DNA from: Hypanus sabinus
Lineage: Eukaryota
NCBI RefSeq assembly: GCF_030144855.1
Contig: NC_082729.1
Coordinates: 17,360,001 to 17,424,000 of the forward strand
Length of the DNA stretch: 64,000 nucleotides
Direction of reading: 5' to 3'
Part shown: positions 1 to 12,329 of the stretch, piece after piece
Position numbering within the stretch: the first letter of the stretch is position 1
How the letters are laid out: each line of letters starts with the position of its first letter
Translations under genes and position numbers: made by a program
The notes under the pieces: generated by a model
The model's database searches: none
The model's input: the letters and a program-made list of their open reading frames with translations, nothing else
Told to the model about the DNA's origin: nothing

Positions 1-423
1 TAGTTAAGATCAATGTGTATTCTAGCTTACTTCTGTAACGCCAAGATTTCTGACCGATTTCTTGAAAATGGAGCAAACTAGTCGGAGTTCAATTAAAAAG
101 ACTTTTGAAACACAATTTTTCAGTTATACCAAGACAAGATCTTAAATCAGATCACGGCCGCATGTTGTAAACGATTGTCACTGTGTAACCACCTTACACT
201 GTAATAACGCTATAGCAAGGCCAAAAAAAAAAAGCTAAATCAGAAATGTTCTCTATTTGAGACGGAGTTTCTTACACCGCAGACACAACCAGACCTATAA
301 CTTTTTCAAGGTCATTTTTCGGCATTGTGCGGTGTGAAGTGGAATTGACGGTGGAAAGTGGAAGTGATTTGACGATGCGCAAAAGGTCGTCTTCATCACA
401 CGGTAATTCACCCCATAACTTAA

Positions 424-497
424 AGGCTCCGCTGGGAGTTGAACCCAGGATCTCCTGTTTACTAGACAGGCGCTTTGACCAATTAAGCCACGGAACC
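424..497 (-). tRNA. tRNA-Thr(AGT)
   Basis: Reverse complement is GGTTCCGTGGCTTAATTGGTCAAAGCGCCTGTCTAGTAAACAGGAGATCCTGGGTTCAACTCCCAGCGGAGCCT (74 nt). Acceptor stem GGTTCCG/CGGAGCC; anticodon stem CCTGT/ACAGG around CT-AGT-AA; A-box and B-box (GGTTCAACTCC) present. First T4 terminator is ~40 nt downstream (381-384). Confidence 0.95.
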
Positions 498-2039
498 CTC
501 GCACTATCCAACGACTATAGTCATGACAGATCACTTGCATTAACTCTTCCTCATCTGCTAGCGAGAGAAATGCTTCAGATTTAGACTGTCAAGATGAGAT
601 GCAACAAAGTAGACCGTATTGACAGACTCAACCAAAATAGTCTGCATGTATAATATAGGTTCCTACTGTCACCACAGCTCACTCATTTTCAGAACGTTCT
701 CCGATTGACAGACACTCAGCTGGAAGGCAGTGGCCGATCCAACAGTCCTGAAGCCTCGTAAGAAGCGCGGAAGGATTGTCACCGCCCGTCGCGTGTTAAT
801 TGGTGAGCTCAAATATGTCTTCAATCAATGTGGCAGTTGCTCCCATGCAATGCTGTGATCGTCATGGCTCTTTAAGCAAGATGTGTAAAAACAATATTCG
901 TGCTCTGAGGATAAATCACATCTTTGAAGCTGGGAAAGAACTATTCAAGAGTTAGACCTGAGGGCATTTAAACATCAGAGGACAAAGACGTAAGAAATAG
1001 TCGAAATAACCAAATTTTTAAAAGAATTGTTAAGAAAATCTCTGACATATCTGTTCGGTATTTTTCAACAGAATAGATAAGGCCGAATGATTGGGTAGTG
1101 TAACTTCGTATTTCAGGAACACCCTGGTTAATGTGCCCAAAAATGTTTGTAAGGAAGATTGAATGAAGATTTCGCAGAAATGAAGATTGAATGAAGATTA
1201 AACAGAGAGAAATGCAGTAAATGGGCGTTGACCGTTTGGGGAGGTTGGACAAGTCGGCCATTCTGAGGTTTGTTGTGGAGTTATTTTTTGTCAATAGGAT
1301 GAAGGAATAAAATTGCCCAGAGTTGCTGATGACACTCCATTCGATATTAATGTGTGCAGGAAGGGTGGCAATACGCTGTTTAAAGGAAATACGTTTGCCG
1401 GCAGGTGGATTGTAACGCGCACCATGTGGGAAACGCATAACATTACTCAATAGTTGAGAAATTGAACAGCAAGACATCTAGGGTCAGATATATGGGATTA
1501 ATTCTTTCGGTGATATTAGTGAGTATCACTGCAAAATTTCTGAATTTGTCAAATGTACCGTGCGCTCATGCATGGCAATAACCGTGTTAGGTCCTGTTCG
1601 CTGTACGGATACTTATACCGCCTAATTCTGGGATCCATCCATATTGTATCCGCTAGGACCTGCCATCCAATGATAATGAGTTACAGAATTGTACAATTTC
1701 CCCATTAAATTTCCGTCTATAATGTTCTGTCTCATTTATATACTGCAGGTTCGTGTCGGTTTATGAGGCCCCATCTCAGTCCCGTGGAGAATTAGACGGA
1801 GATTATTATCAAAGCTTGGAGTCTGTGCGAGCAATGTGCAAGGGGAAATAAACACCGCAGGGAATACTTGGTAGATCAGGCAGTAATTGTGGAGAGTAAG
1901 AGAATTGTTTCAAAACATAACTTCTTTGCTTGTCAGTAGCAGAAAAATATAGTCCATTCCGGTAGATTTAGATGCCCAGGGAGAAATATTAAAACATTTT
2001 CTGAGGCTCCATTCTACTATTTTCGCCCACCTGGGCAGT

Positions 2040-2910
2040 ATTGCTATTTGGTATTGGTTTATATTGTCAGTTGTTACCAGATACTATTAAACCCTGAGTG
2101 TTACAATTCATCCATATCGATCATTCTATGAGAGAAGTACTTTGGAGTACTACAAGAGCAAATAAAAAACAATGCAGGATCCAATGTGACTGTGACAGTT
2201 ATACAGTTACTGAGGACAAGAATTCGGCTTGAGAGTATAAAAATTCGTTTAATATGGCACTAACTGCTATTGCGCCGAGTTGTTCATCCTTGTATTTTCT
2301 GCCAGTTTCACAGTGAGTAGAAAGGATGTCCAAGGTGGTAGGGGGAGTATGACAATACTGGCTGCTTCATGGAGGCAGAAGGAAGAGTCAGCAGTATCCA
2401 CGGACGAGAGGTGGTATTCGTGATGGGCAGAGTTCTAACCGCAACTCTCTGCATTTCTTGGGGTCTTGAGCAGAGCAGATTGCCGACCAAGCTGTGCTTT
2501 CTCCAGATAGGTTTCTTTCTGCCTTGTATGCATATTAATGCGAGAACGCCGAATTGCCTTTGTTGTCTGAGGAAGTGGACGTGCCGGTGTGTCTTTTTGG
2601 TCATAGCGTTTACGTAGTTGGATCAGTACAAATGATTGATTATACTTACAACCAAGAACTTAAAGTCCTCAATCATCTCCACCTGCGGACTATTGACAGA
2701 TACAGGGTAGGTGCTTCACTGTTTCCTAAAGTTAATAACAAGCTCTTTTGTTTTGATGACATTGATGGAAAGTTTGTTACCCTCATCGTGTAACTGGACT
2801 CGATCTACCCTTCCTCTGGTCACTTTCTGGGATCCAATTTTATACGGTGCTGCTATCTGCGAACTTTCCAAGCAATGCCGATGAAGCAGTTGGTTCAGTT
2901 TTGGGAGCAC
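2040..2910 (-). mobile_element. Decayed Rex/Babar-type LINE 3' fragment
   Basis: Minus-strand peptides such as INVIKTKELVINFRK and HFLRQ resemble the better-preserved copy at 41055-41680. Confidence 0.6.
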
Positions 2911-4009
2911 CTACCCTCCAGGTGTTAGAGAATAGAGTAATACTGATGAATTTGAATCCAGGATTTACTTTTACGCTCCAATTGTCTTCCGCTCGGATGT
3001 CAGGTCATTGAACTCAGCAGAATGTCTGTATCAGATACACTTGTCAGTGCACACCACCTAGGGCAGCATCACCTTGTTAAATATCATTTACTCGTGTCAC
3101 TACCTCGAAATCCGAGGAAAACAGGAACATCTGGAGAAGAAATACAAAGTGCATAAATGCACAATATCGCTGCAGTACTGCCTGGAAGGAGAGATATGGG
3201 AATATTTCTGACTCATAATAACTTGATCGATGATTCTTGTATTAACCCCCGCAGAAATGTACCAAAGCGAAGAACCACCTCAATCCCTGACATCAGTGGG
3301 AAGAAATAGTTTTGTCACAATATCTACATGCTGTTTATCAATCTCTCATCTCACAGAAGTTATGACGACTAACTAACTAATTAACTAACCTGCTGCCTCA
3401 TGATTTGAGCCTTTTTCAGCTTAACCTTCAAACTCATCTCTTGTAACAGCTGCAGTAGTTCTTTAAGTTACTCATAATAACACTGGGTGGCGCGCTTCCA
3501 AATAACTGTGTTCAAGTCGGAAAAAGCATGTTCGATCCTTTACTCAAAACTGGCCAAGACGAACTATGTTATAACGATCAAAAAACTAACGAAACTAGAA
3601 TTAGCGATACAGCGAAGTTAACGAAATAAGAGTTCTAATTAGTGTAATTAAACGAAAATAGCAAAATAAGCGTTATTAGCGGTGAACAAAAATTAAATTC
3701 CCCGGTTGCCTCCAACTCTCAATTAAACTGACTTCCGACAAAGCGACCATACGTAATTTGCTTCGTCCTTGCCCCAGCCCACGTGTCAATTACCCATAAC
3801 AAACTCGCAACACAAAATACTCAGTCCCAAATTGTCGATCCTCGGATCAGAAGTTCAACCTTATCCCAGCTGGAAATATGCGTCTGCTTTCATCCAAGCT
3901 TCCGATATACAGAAACACCAAACACGAGGAAATTTGCAGATGCTGGAAATTCAAACAACACACGCAAAATGCTGGTGGAACACAGCAGGCCAGGCAGCAT
4001 CTATAAGGA

Positions 4010-4425
4010 GAGTTTACTCCGGGTAGACAACGTTCACCTGGTTCATGTGTGGAAAGGGATTCATTCAGTTAACCCACCTTGCGAGGCTTCAAGGAGTTCT
4101 CAATAAGTAGAGGGCACAACTCTGTACTGAGTGAGTAAAGAGATTTACTCAATTATCCCACCTGCTAAAACACTAGCAAATTCACCTCAGGGACGAAGTT
4201 GAAATAATTTCTATGGTGACTGAAGCCAGTTGCAAGCTCACGAGGGACCGTTAATGCCAGATTCCGTAGATATTGCAGCTTCTCATCACACACCGGATTG
4301 AACCCTGGTCGCTGAGCATTAAAGGGGTTTGTTCTGTTGATGTTTGCCTTAAATTAGACTGCTGTTTAATATTTTGGATCTGTGCAAATAAATGAATTCT
4401 ATTTCAAATCCTCCTGTCTCAAGTG
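4010..4425 (+). pseudogene. C2H2 ZNF 3' relic (about two broken fingers plus the family 3'UTR)
   Basis: Contains tgtggaaagggattcattcagttaacccacctt (CGKGFIQLTHL) and ...cacctgctaaaacactag. The following 3'UTR is paralogous to 9490-9735, with AATAAA at 4387-4392. Confidence 0.75.
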
Positions 4426-4555
4426 TTTACTGTCTCTGTTACACGTCCATAAACAATAGAGAGGCCAATCTGTCCAGCTGATCTCTGCTATTCACCTCTC
4501 ACTCTCCCTGTGATAACGGGTTGCAACTGGTCACCACTGTGTCGGTGAGGGGGGA

Positions 4556-4799
4556 TGATGCACCATCAATAACTCTCTGAGACGTGAGGTGAGATATAGG
4601 CTTTTATTGACTGGAAGAAAGAACAAGCAGCAATTGACCATCATGCTACATCCTGGAGACTGAGTTGCAGGGCTCAGGCCCCAATCGCCTTTATACCGGG
4701 GTCTGTTGGAGGAGCCACGGTTAGTGGGAGGAGCCACAGGAGCAGTCAGCCGGAGCGGGTGGGGGGAGGTGTCCAGACAGGTATATGTAGTTCACCTCA
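4556..4799 (-). mobile_element. Solo LTR (Gypsy-like)
   Basis: TG...CA termini; TATAAA (~4690) and AATAAA (~4605) in the correct order on the minus strand; G-rich 4-5 bp flanks consistent with a TSD. It interrupts sequence that is contiguous in the paralogous cassettes. Confidence 0.7.
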
Positions 4800-5569
4800 G
4801 GGGGTTATCTTGAATTTCCTCTCTGACTTTCTGCAGACTGCAGAAGAAGATAAGCTTACTGAGGTTATGTCCCAAACATTCCTCGTTCCTTAGAGCTTTG
4901 GGCGAAGGGAAAACTTCCTGGGTGGTTAAACTTCTTCTTCCCTGTTCTTTTAAATACTATGAGTTATTTTGACTGATTTCAAAGGGCAGTGTCTTACAGA
5001 GCTGGGTTGTTGCAATACACAACTCTCCTTTAGATTACGAGAGTTGAATGGTCGGTAAATCTTCTACAGTGCGGGATCGGAAACCAAAGTGAATCCTGAA
5101 CAAGCCATGCATTTGGGGCTTCAAATGAGGTGGTAGTTAGAGTAGATGGGGAGGAGGAGGAAATCAGACCAGGAGGATGTGGTTACAAATGAAAGATCAG
5201 CAAATTTTGGAAAATGATTGACTGGAAAATATGTTGCTTATTTCTGCAAAAATGCTGGTGGAAACCAGCAGGTCAAGAAACATCTATGGAGAGGAATAGA
5301 CAGTCGTCTTTACGGGCAGAGAACATTCACCATGCTGATGTCTGGGGAAGGGGTTCGGCCTGAAGCCTCGGCTATTTATTCTTCGGCATCAATGCCACCT
5401 GACTTGCTGAGCTTCTCCAGCATTTTGTATGTGTTGCTCTATATTTCGAGAATGTGCAGGATTCCTCGCGTTTCATACTGCCTTTTTAAATGGGCTGTGC
5501 TTTGACCGCTGACACACGGAATGCCTGTTCATATTGAATATATTCATTGCAGGAGCTTGTTGTGTTAAA

Positions 5570-6070
5570 GTAGCCGCCGAGTTTCTGCATAAAAGCATTG
5601 CCTGTTCTCGGGGCAAGTGGCGGGAAACCGATGTTTGAATTGATTTTAAATGGCATCATCCCTACCCAGAAACCTTCACGGTTCAGCATTAGCCGTCGGT
5701 GACCCAGCGATCAAATGCGCAAGCGTAAGGGTCATTTATTGTCCCGAGTACGCGCATGCGCTCAATGAACAAAAGGCTCTGGAGATTCGGCAGCAGGTAG
5801 GAGCGGTTGTCCGGGTGGGGTTTCCGTACCGCGATTGAGGGACAGCGAATCCGGACACACCATGGCCCTGCACCTGGGACAGTTTCAGTTCTGTCCACCT
5901 TTCTCAGCCCACGATCCGTACCCACACCCGGGGAGCTGGGCGGCAGGCCCCGATGGAGGGTCGTAAATTGGGGGGCCGCTTCGTCGAGTACCCTGCACCA
6001 TCCCCAAAAGTGGAGCTTACCGGTGGCCTAATATTTCAATTCCGATTCCCTTTCCCGGTCCGACATATCG
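5570..6070 (+). promoter_or_regulatory. CpG-rich promoter and first exon of ZNF gene 1
   Basis: NRF1-type GCGCATGCGC (~5752-5761), E2F-type TGGCGGGAAA (5618-5627), TTTGAA (5634-5639), and a putative donor CAG|GTAGGA at 5796/5797. Confidence 0.65.
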
Positions 6071-7379
6071 ATACATGGCCTCCTCTTCACCCAACCTGAT
6101 GTTACTAATTTCATTTTCTTCCGATGAACAAATTACCTCCGACCATCTTCTTCTGTTCCATATTCTGACCTTTCACTTATTCTCACCTACCTGGAGTTGC
6201 CTTCTCCTTCTCTTTCCCCTATTCTCCACTCTCCTCGCCTATCCGATTCCTTCTTCTCCAGCCCTCGACCTTTTCCAACCACCTTGCTTCAACTATCACC
6301 TTCCACCTAGCCTCTTTCATTCACCTCACCGCACCTTTTTATTCTGGCACTTTCCCCCTTCTTTCTCAATCTTGAAGAAGGGTTCGGCTCAAGACGTTGA
6401 CTGTTTACACTTTCCCACAGATGCTACCTGACCTGCCGAGTTCCTCCAGCGTTCTGTGTGTGTTGCTTTGGAACTTCAGCACCCGCAGACTTTATGGTGC
6501 TGAGGGTTTCATCAGCACCGGTGTCCGCTCCTCGACTGAGGGATAATTTCTGTGAGCTAGGGACACTGCAGTTTTGCAAACCCAGCACAGTCTCGGTTCT
6601 TTCCCTCTCTCCAACCCCCTTGATCTGTACCTGGGCCACGGGGAATGTTCTGCTGAGTGAAGGTGCTGGTGCCATTTCTGCAGTGCATGCAGATTTTCTG
6701 GAGCTGTGATGAACAGACAGATCTCTTGTTTTTGGGGTTCAGAATTAGTCATGGGTGGAAGTGTGAGTGCTTTCCTTACTAGTGGTTAAAGTGTGTTTGG
6801 AAGCACACGTGGAGGGAGTGGATCTCCCAGAAACAGATCCAGCAATCTAAATACAAGGATCAGGAGCTCAGAGCAAAAATGTAGTTCTGAGTTAGTCTCT
6901 GAAGAGTCTACCTTCCAGTCAATAAAAATATCAGTTATTTCTACACATGAAAAGAAAGACAAAATCCTTCCATCAGCTTTAGTTCTTGAGAAAATCACCT
7001 TTGTTCTGCCTCCTCTTGTTCTGGACCATTCTACCTGTGAGAACATGTTTGTCCAATTCTCTCTGGCTGCATAATGATATCAAACATCTTTGTCCTGGGT
7101 AACAAGTGACCTGTAGCTTTCACATCACATAAGTGCCACTCTCCAATGAGAAATACTGCTGCCTCCGCTTCATATTCATTGGTATTGCCTTCAATTAGTT
7201 CACCACCCTCAATCACCTAGAGTGGTGGGGGTCAGAGTAACTAGAAAGTATCCAGGATGAGCCGTGTAATATCATATCTTCTCTGTAGCACTGTGAGACA
7301 TGAGCAGAACTTGACACTATAGTAATGGAGAGAGACACACTGAACCAAGTGACAGACTGAAGACGGGCAGAAATGTCCC

Positions 7380-8050
7380 GTCAACACACTCAAAATGTTG
7401 GAGGAACTCAGCAGGCCCAACAGCATCGATGAAAAAAAGTAAACAGTCAATATTTCAGACTGAAACCCTCATCTGGACTGTAGAAAAAAAGATGAGGTCA
7501 GGGTAAGATGGTGGGTGGAGGGAAGGAAGAAATACAAGGTGAAGGGTGAAACCGATGAGAAGAAGGGTGAAGTAAAGAGCTGGGAAGTCAATTGGTGAAA
7601 GAGATAAAGGGCTGGTGAAGGGTGAATCTGACAAGAGAGGACCTAAAGCCAGGGAAGAAAGAAAAATAGGGAGATGATGGGCGGGTAAATTGAGAGAAGG
7701 GAATGAGGTATGGTGAAGGTGGTGGTGGGGGGGGGGGGGGGGGGTGGGGGAACAAGTAACTGAAGTTCCAGAAATCTATGTTCGTGCCATCAGGTTGGAG
7801 GCTGCCCAGACGGAATGCAAGGTGTTGCTCCTCCAACCTGAGTGTTGGCTCATCACAGTAGTAGTGCAGCCTGTGGACTGACTTGTTGGAATGGGAATGG
7901 GAAGTTGAAACAAAATATGTGACCACTGGGAGATCCCACTTTATCTGGCAGACAGAGCGTAAGTGCTCAGTGAAGCAGTCTCCCAATCTACAGGAAGCCA
8001 TACCGGGAGCACTGGATACAGTAGATGACCCGATAGACTCACGGGTGAAG
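7380..8050 (-). mobile_element. Penelope-like element, GIY-YIG endonuclease C-terminal fragment
   Basis: ORF 7588-8001 reads RLGDCFTEHLRSV...HSHSN...LRLEEQHLAFRLGSLQPDGTNIDF, followed by a CT-rich tract and the PLE terminal repeat. Confidence 0.85.
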
Positions 8051-8727
8051 TGTCACATTCTTATTGAGACAGGAGGATCGTTAGAGAATTTCATGGACAG
8101 TCGAGAATCCCCGAGCAATTGAGGTGTTGTTCCGCCAACTTGGGTTGAATCTCGTTGTAACAGTGTGCTGTCAGAGCTCATTAAAGGCCTTAAACTCTCA
8201 TCTGAAATGTTGTCCTTCACCCATTGATGTATTTTGTTGCTCTTTTTATAGATTAGAAACGACAAAAAATTTGTGTACAGAGATCTCAACAACAGCCCGT
8301 CAATTTTGCTGCCTCTGTACAGATATAAAAGGAGTGAACAGATATTTCCCTTGTAACACCAGTATATCTGTTGTTGATGAAGAAGTATTTCATTCTGGCT
8401 GGAAACGTGCTTTGTGTTTTCTGTTGCAACTCATTGAAATCCACTGGAACCAGGGTACTGAGAACACACCAGCATTTGTTTACTAGAGATAAGTTCTTCC
8501 GTTGCATTGACTGTGCAAAGGGTTCACTACATGTAGCATCTGACTCCATTAATTTGTCAGAGAACTCACAGCAGGGAGGTATCATTCACCTCTCCGTGAG
8601 GCAAAGGATTCTCTCACTCAGCCAACCTTCAGACACAATACAGTGAGGTCATTTACCTGCTCAGACTGTGGGAAGGGATTATCAGTCATCTGACCTACCG
8701 CTACACCAATCAGTTCACCCTGGGGAG

Positions 8728-9492
8728 ATGCCGTTCACCTGCTCGGACTGTGGGAAGGGATTCACTCGGTCCTCCAGCCTGCAGAGACACCAGTCTGTTC
8801 ACACTGGGGAAAGGCCATTCACATGTTCTGTGTGTGGAAAGGGATTCACTCGTTCATCCCACCTACAAGCACACCAGTCAATTCACACAGGGGAGAAACC
8901 ATTCACCTGTTCTTACTGTGGTAAGGGTTTCAACGGATCAACTGACCTACTGGCACATCAGTCAGTTCACACTGGGGAGAAACCGTTCTCATGCTCTGAC
9001 TGTGGGAAGGGATTCTCTCGGTCATTCAGCCTCCAGAGACACCAGCGAGTTCACACTGGAGAGAGACCGTTCACGTGTTCATTGTGTGGGAAGGGATTTA
9101 CTCGGTCAGGCAGCCTGCAAACACACCAGCGATTTCACACTGGGGAGTGGCCGTTCACATGCTCCGACTGTGGAAAGAGATTCACTCGGTCATCTGACCT
9201 GCTGGCACATCAGTTAGTTCACACTGGGAAGACGCTGTTCTCCTGCTCAGACTGTGGGAAGGGATTCACTCGGTCATTCAGCCTACAGAGACACCAGTCA
9301 GTTCACACTGGGGAGAGGCCATTCACATGTTCCGTTTGTGGGAAGCGATTCGCTCGGTCATCCCACCTACAAACACACCAGTCAGTTCATACTGGGGAGA
9401 AACTGTTTACCCGCTCAGACTGTGGGAAGGGTTTCACTGGATCAACTGACATACTGACACTTCAGCGAGTTCACACAGGGGAAACAGTTTAA
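8728..9492 (+). CDS. C2H2 zinc-finger array protein (8 intact fingers + 1 degenerate, ~254 aa)
   Basis: Tandem CxxC-x12-HxxxH units with TGE(R/K)P linkers. First in-frame ATG is 8728 (the ORF track's 8668 start is GTG). Exon acceptor tttttatag| at 8251; AATAAA at 9698-9703. Confidence 0.85.
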   Translation: MPFTCSDCGKGFTRSSSLQRHQSVHTGERPFTCSVCGKGFTRSSHLQAHQSIHTGEKPFTCSYCGKGFNGSTDLLAHQSVHTGEKPFSCSDCGKGFSRSFSLQRHQRVHTGERPFTCSLCGKGFTRSGSLQTHQRFHTGEWPFTCSDCGKRFTRSSDLLAHQLVHTGKTLFSCSDCGKGFTRSFSLQRHQSVHTGERPFTCSVCGKRFARSSHLQTHQSVHTGEKLFTRSDCGKGFTGSTDILTLQRVHTGETV

Positions 9493-10395
9493 GTAAGCTG
9501 CATGCTGGATATGTAAACCGTCACAGTTGCTGAAACCTGCAGCAAGTTCAAAAGTGACTGTTGGTATCAAACTCTGCAATTAATGCTGCTATTCATCACA
9601 CCCTTTTCTGCACCCTGGTCACTGGACATGGAAGGTATTTCTTGTGATATTGTTCACCTTTAATAGGACTGGTGATTAATATTCTGGATCTGTCACTAAT
9701 AAATCAGTTCTGTTTTAAACTCTGTCTCAGTTACCTAGTGAATCTAAACACACCCAGTGCACAGTAGGGAGTCAACAGCCCAGCTGGCCCTTGCCAGAAT
9801 TTCTGTTCCACAAGAGTCCTCATAAGTTCAATCCTGCCATTCACCTCTGCCTCTCCCTGTGGAGATGAGTTCTAAACAGTCACCATTCTGTGGGTGAAGA
9901 GGTTTCCCTTCAATTTCCTGCATGACTTTCTGCAGTCTGAAGAGGACAAATTGATTGCAGTTATTTATATCTGTCATGTCCTTCATCCCTGAAATCTCTG
10001 GGCTGATGAAGTCTGACACTGGCCGTTAGCCTCCTATGCCCTGCTCATTTCCACATTATGGGTCATATTTACTCCTGAAGAGCTGAACAGGGAAACAGAG
10101 CAGGGGGTGTGTAAGTGAATGTCAGAGTAGCAACATTTAGAAGCTGATGTAGAAAAAAATTAGGTTGACTTTGACTTGACACATGATGCCTGTTGACTTT
10201 GAGTACATTGCTTGTAGGAGCTTGCTCTATTAAATTTCCTACTCAGTTCTGATAAAAATAATAACTTGATTGGTGGCATTCAGCAGAAAGGAGGCAATGC
10301 TTGTAAGCACTCTCTATTGCACTGTTCTTACCCAGAAATCTCTGAGCTTCAGAATGTACTATCATTGCGAATCAAGCACAGAGGTGCTGAGTGTC

Positions 10396-10715
10396 CGTTG
10401 GATCTGACTGTTTAATTGTCATTTTCTTTGTAGTTGAACAATTACTTATCTGCTTGCATTTTAAGTAGACTATATGCATTACAGTTTAATATGCCTGTAG
10501 TAGATGTATAAAGTAGACCTCTGGAAGTTTCTTTGTACTTTATTAAATGAGTGTTTCCTCATTGGTTAATACTTACTGCAGTAATGACTAAGTATTTTCT
10601 AAATGGATTATTTTGAATGGGATTTTTCTACCTTTATGCTGGATGGCATCATTAATGTCTGTCTGCTTCAAATAGTAGACCCTTGTCACCATTCAGTTCC
10701 TGTTCGATCAAATTT
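10396..10715 (+). mobile_element. Truncated ERV-like LTR (copy A), downstream of ZNF gene 1
   Basis: Aligns by eye to the reverse complements of 22559-22997 and 45107-45517 (gttggatc...gcttcaaatagtagaccc). Similarity stops before the AATAAA and PBS. Confidence 0.6.
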
Positions 10716-12329
10716 TGTATGTTGATGAATCTAATTAAACTGGCAAGGTACAAGGAAGCGGAATTTAAGCAGTGGCTAGGGAATGTTCTTTACAGTATGT
10801 TCTTTACATGTATGTTACAGAACCCACCCAGAAAAGATTACTACTGTGTAATGAGGTCAGAATAATAAGAAAGATTGTGGTGAAGGATCCCCGAGGAAGA
10901 AGTGATCACAACATCAGAGGATTCCAGACACAATGTGAGAACAAATACCTGCGTCCAAACCAATGTCCTCAACCTGAGTAAGGGCAGTTACCTGGGTGTG
11001 AGGGTGGAGTTGTCTGGCATGGATTGGGCAAATAGGCTCAGGGACAGATCAGTGGATGAGCAGTGGCAGGTGTTTAATCTGCTGGCTTAGCAGATGCTGA
11101 TCCAAATTAGACAGAGGGATCCAGATGAAAGATGGTCAGCCAAAATCATCAAGGTAAATACAGAATCAAAGAGCATATGAAGAGGCAAGGATTGTTATTG
11201 GGACAAAGTACAGAGAATATGTCAGGAAGCAGTGAAAAGAGACAAAAAATAAAACTAACAAGGAACAGGCAAATATGTTAACTCAATAATTTAGTGTTCA
11301 TGGTAGGGACACAGCAAACTTGCCTTAGCTATCTGATGGGTGACATTTCAACACCGTGCAATAATCAGTAACAATCACCATTATGAGGGAAAATCTAAAG
11401 GAAGCATCACTAGGTCCAAATGACCTACAGCCTAGGGTTTGGAGAGAAAGGGGAGACATTCATTTGTTTATCAGAACTCACTCTGTTCCAGTGGATAGAA
11501 ACCTTCCAATGTGACTCAGTTGAGAAAGAAGGGTTGAAAACAAAAAGCAGATAACTGTACTCCTGTTAACTTCTCATATGCTGTTGGCAACATGTTAGAA
11601 TCTGTGATCTATGAAGAAATAACAAGTCATTTAGAAAAGTTTTAAATGTCTTAACTGAGTCGATGGTTGAAATGATCGAATCGACCATCTGCATTTCCCT
11701 GCATTTGGTTCATATTTCTCGAAACCTTTTCTTTCTATCTACTTGTCCAAAAACTTTTTAACATTATTAATATACCTCCCTCAACCACTTCCACTGACAG
11801 ATCATTCCATACATTGACCACCCTCTGTAGAAAAATTGCCCTTCAGGTTCCTATGAAATCTCTTATCTTTTCATCTTAAACCAATGCTCTCCAATTCTTG
11901 ATTCCCCAACCCTGGCCAAAAAAAAAACCCTGTTTCCTGACCCTATGTAACCGCCTCATAATTGTATATACCTTTATAATATCACCACACATTCTCTGAC
12001 ACTCACAGAGAAACTGTCCAAACCTGCTGAAACTCCCCATAAATGAGTCACCCAAGACCCAGCAACATCCTCGTAAACTTCCAATTTCTTTCCAGCTTAA
12101 TGTCCTCCAGCAGCATGAGAAAAACGAAACACCATATTCTAAATAACAAACGAGAAAATTTGCAGATGCTGGAAATCCAAGCAACACACACAAAATGCTG
12201 GTGGAACTTGGTAGGCCAGTTCTGCAGAAGGGTCTCAGCCCAAAACATCGACTACACTTTTCGATAGATGCTGCCTGGCCTGCTGAATTTCTCAGCATTT
12301 TGTGTGTGTTAGCATATTTGAAATATTAT

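Noticed and set aside
968-1477. 169-aa minus-strand ORF
   Set aside because: No recognisable motif; the plus strand looks like a very decayed CR1 RT segment, so the ORF is probably incidental.
3400-3900. Possible further ERV leader/gag relic
   Set aside because: No convincing PBS, LTR end or peptide motif.
8252-8727. Possible KRAB/SCAN-like N-terminal domain in the ZNF exon leaders
   Set aside because: Stops and frameshifts in all three paralogs and no such motif seen. An upstream coding exon cannot be fully excluded.
8750-9457. Repetitive 'GRDSLGH' ORFs overlapping the ZNF genes (also 24274-24919, 46688-47731)
   Set aside because: Alternative-frame shadows of the 84-bp finger repeat.
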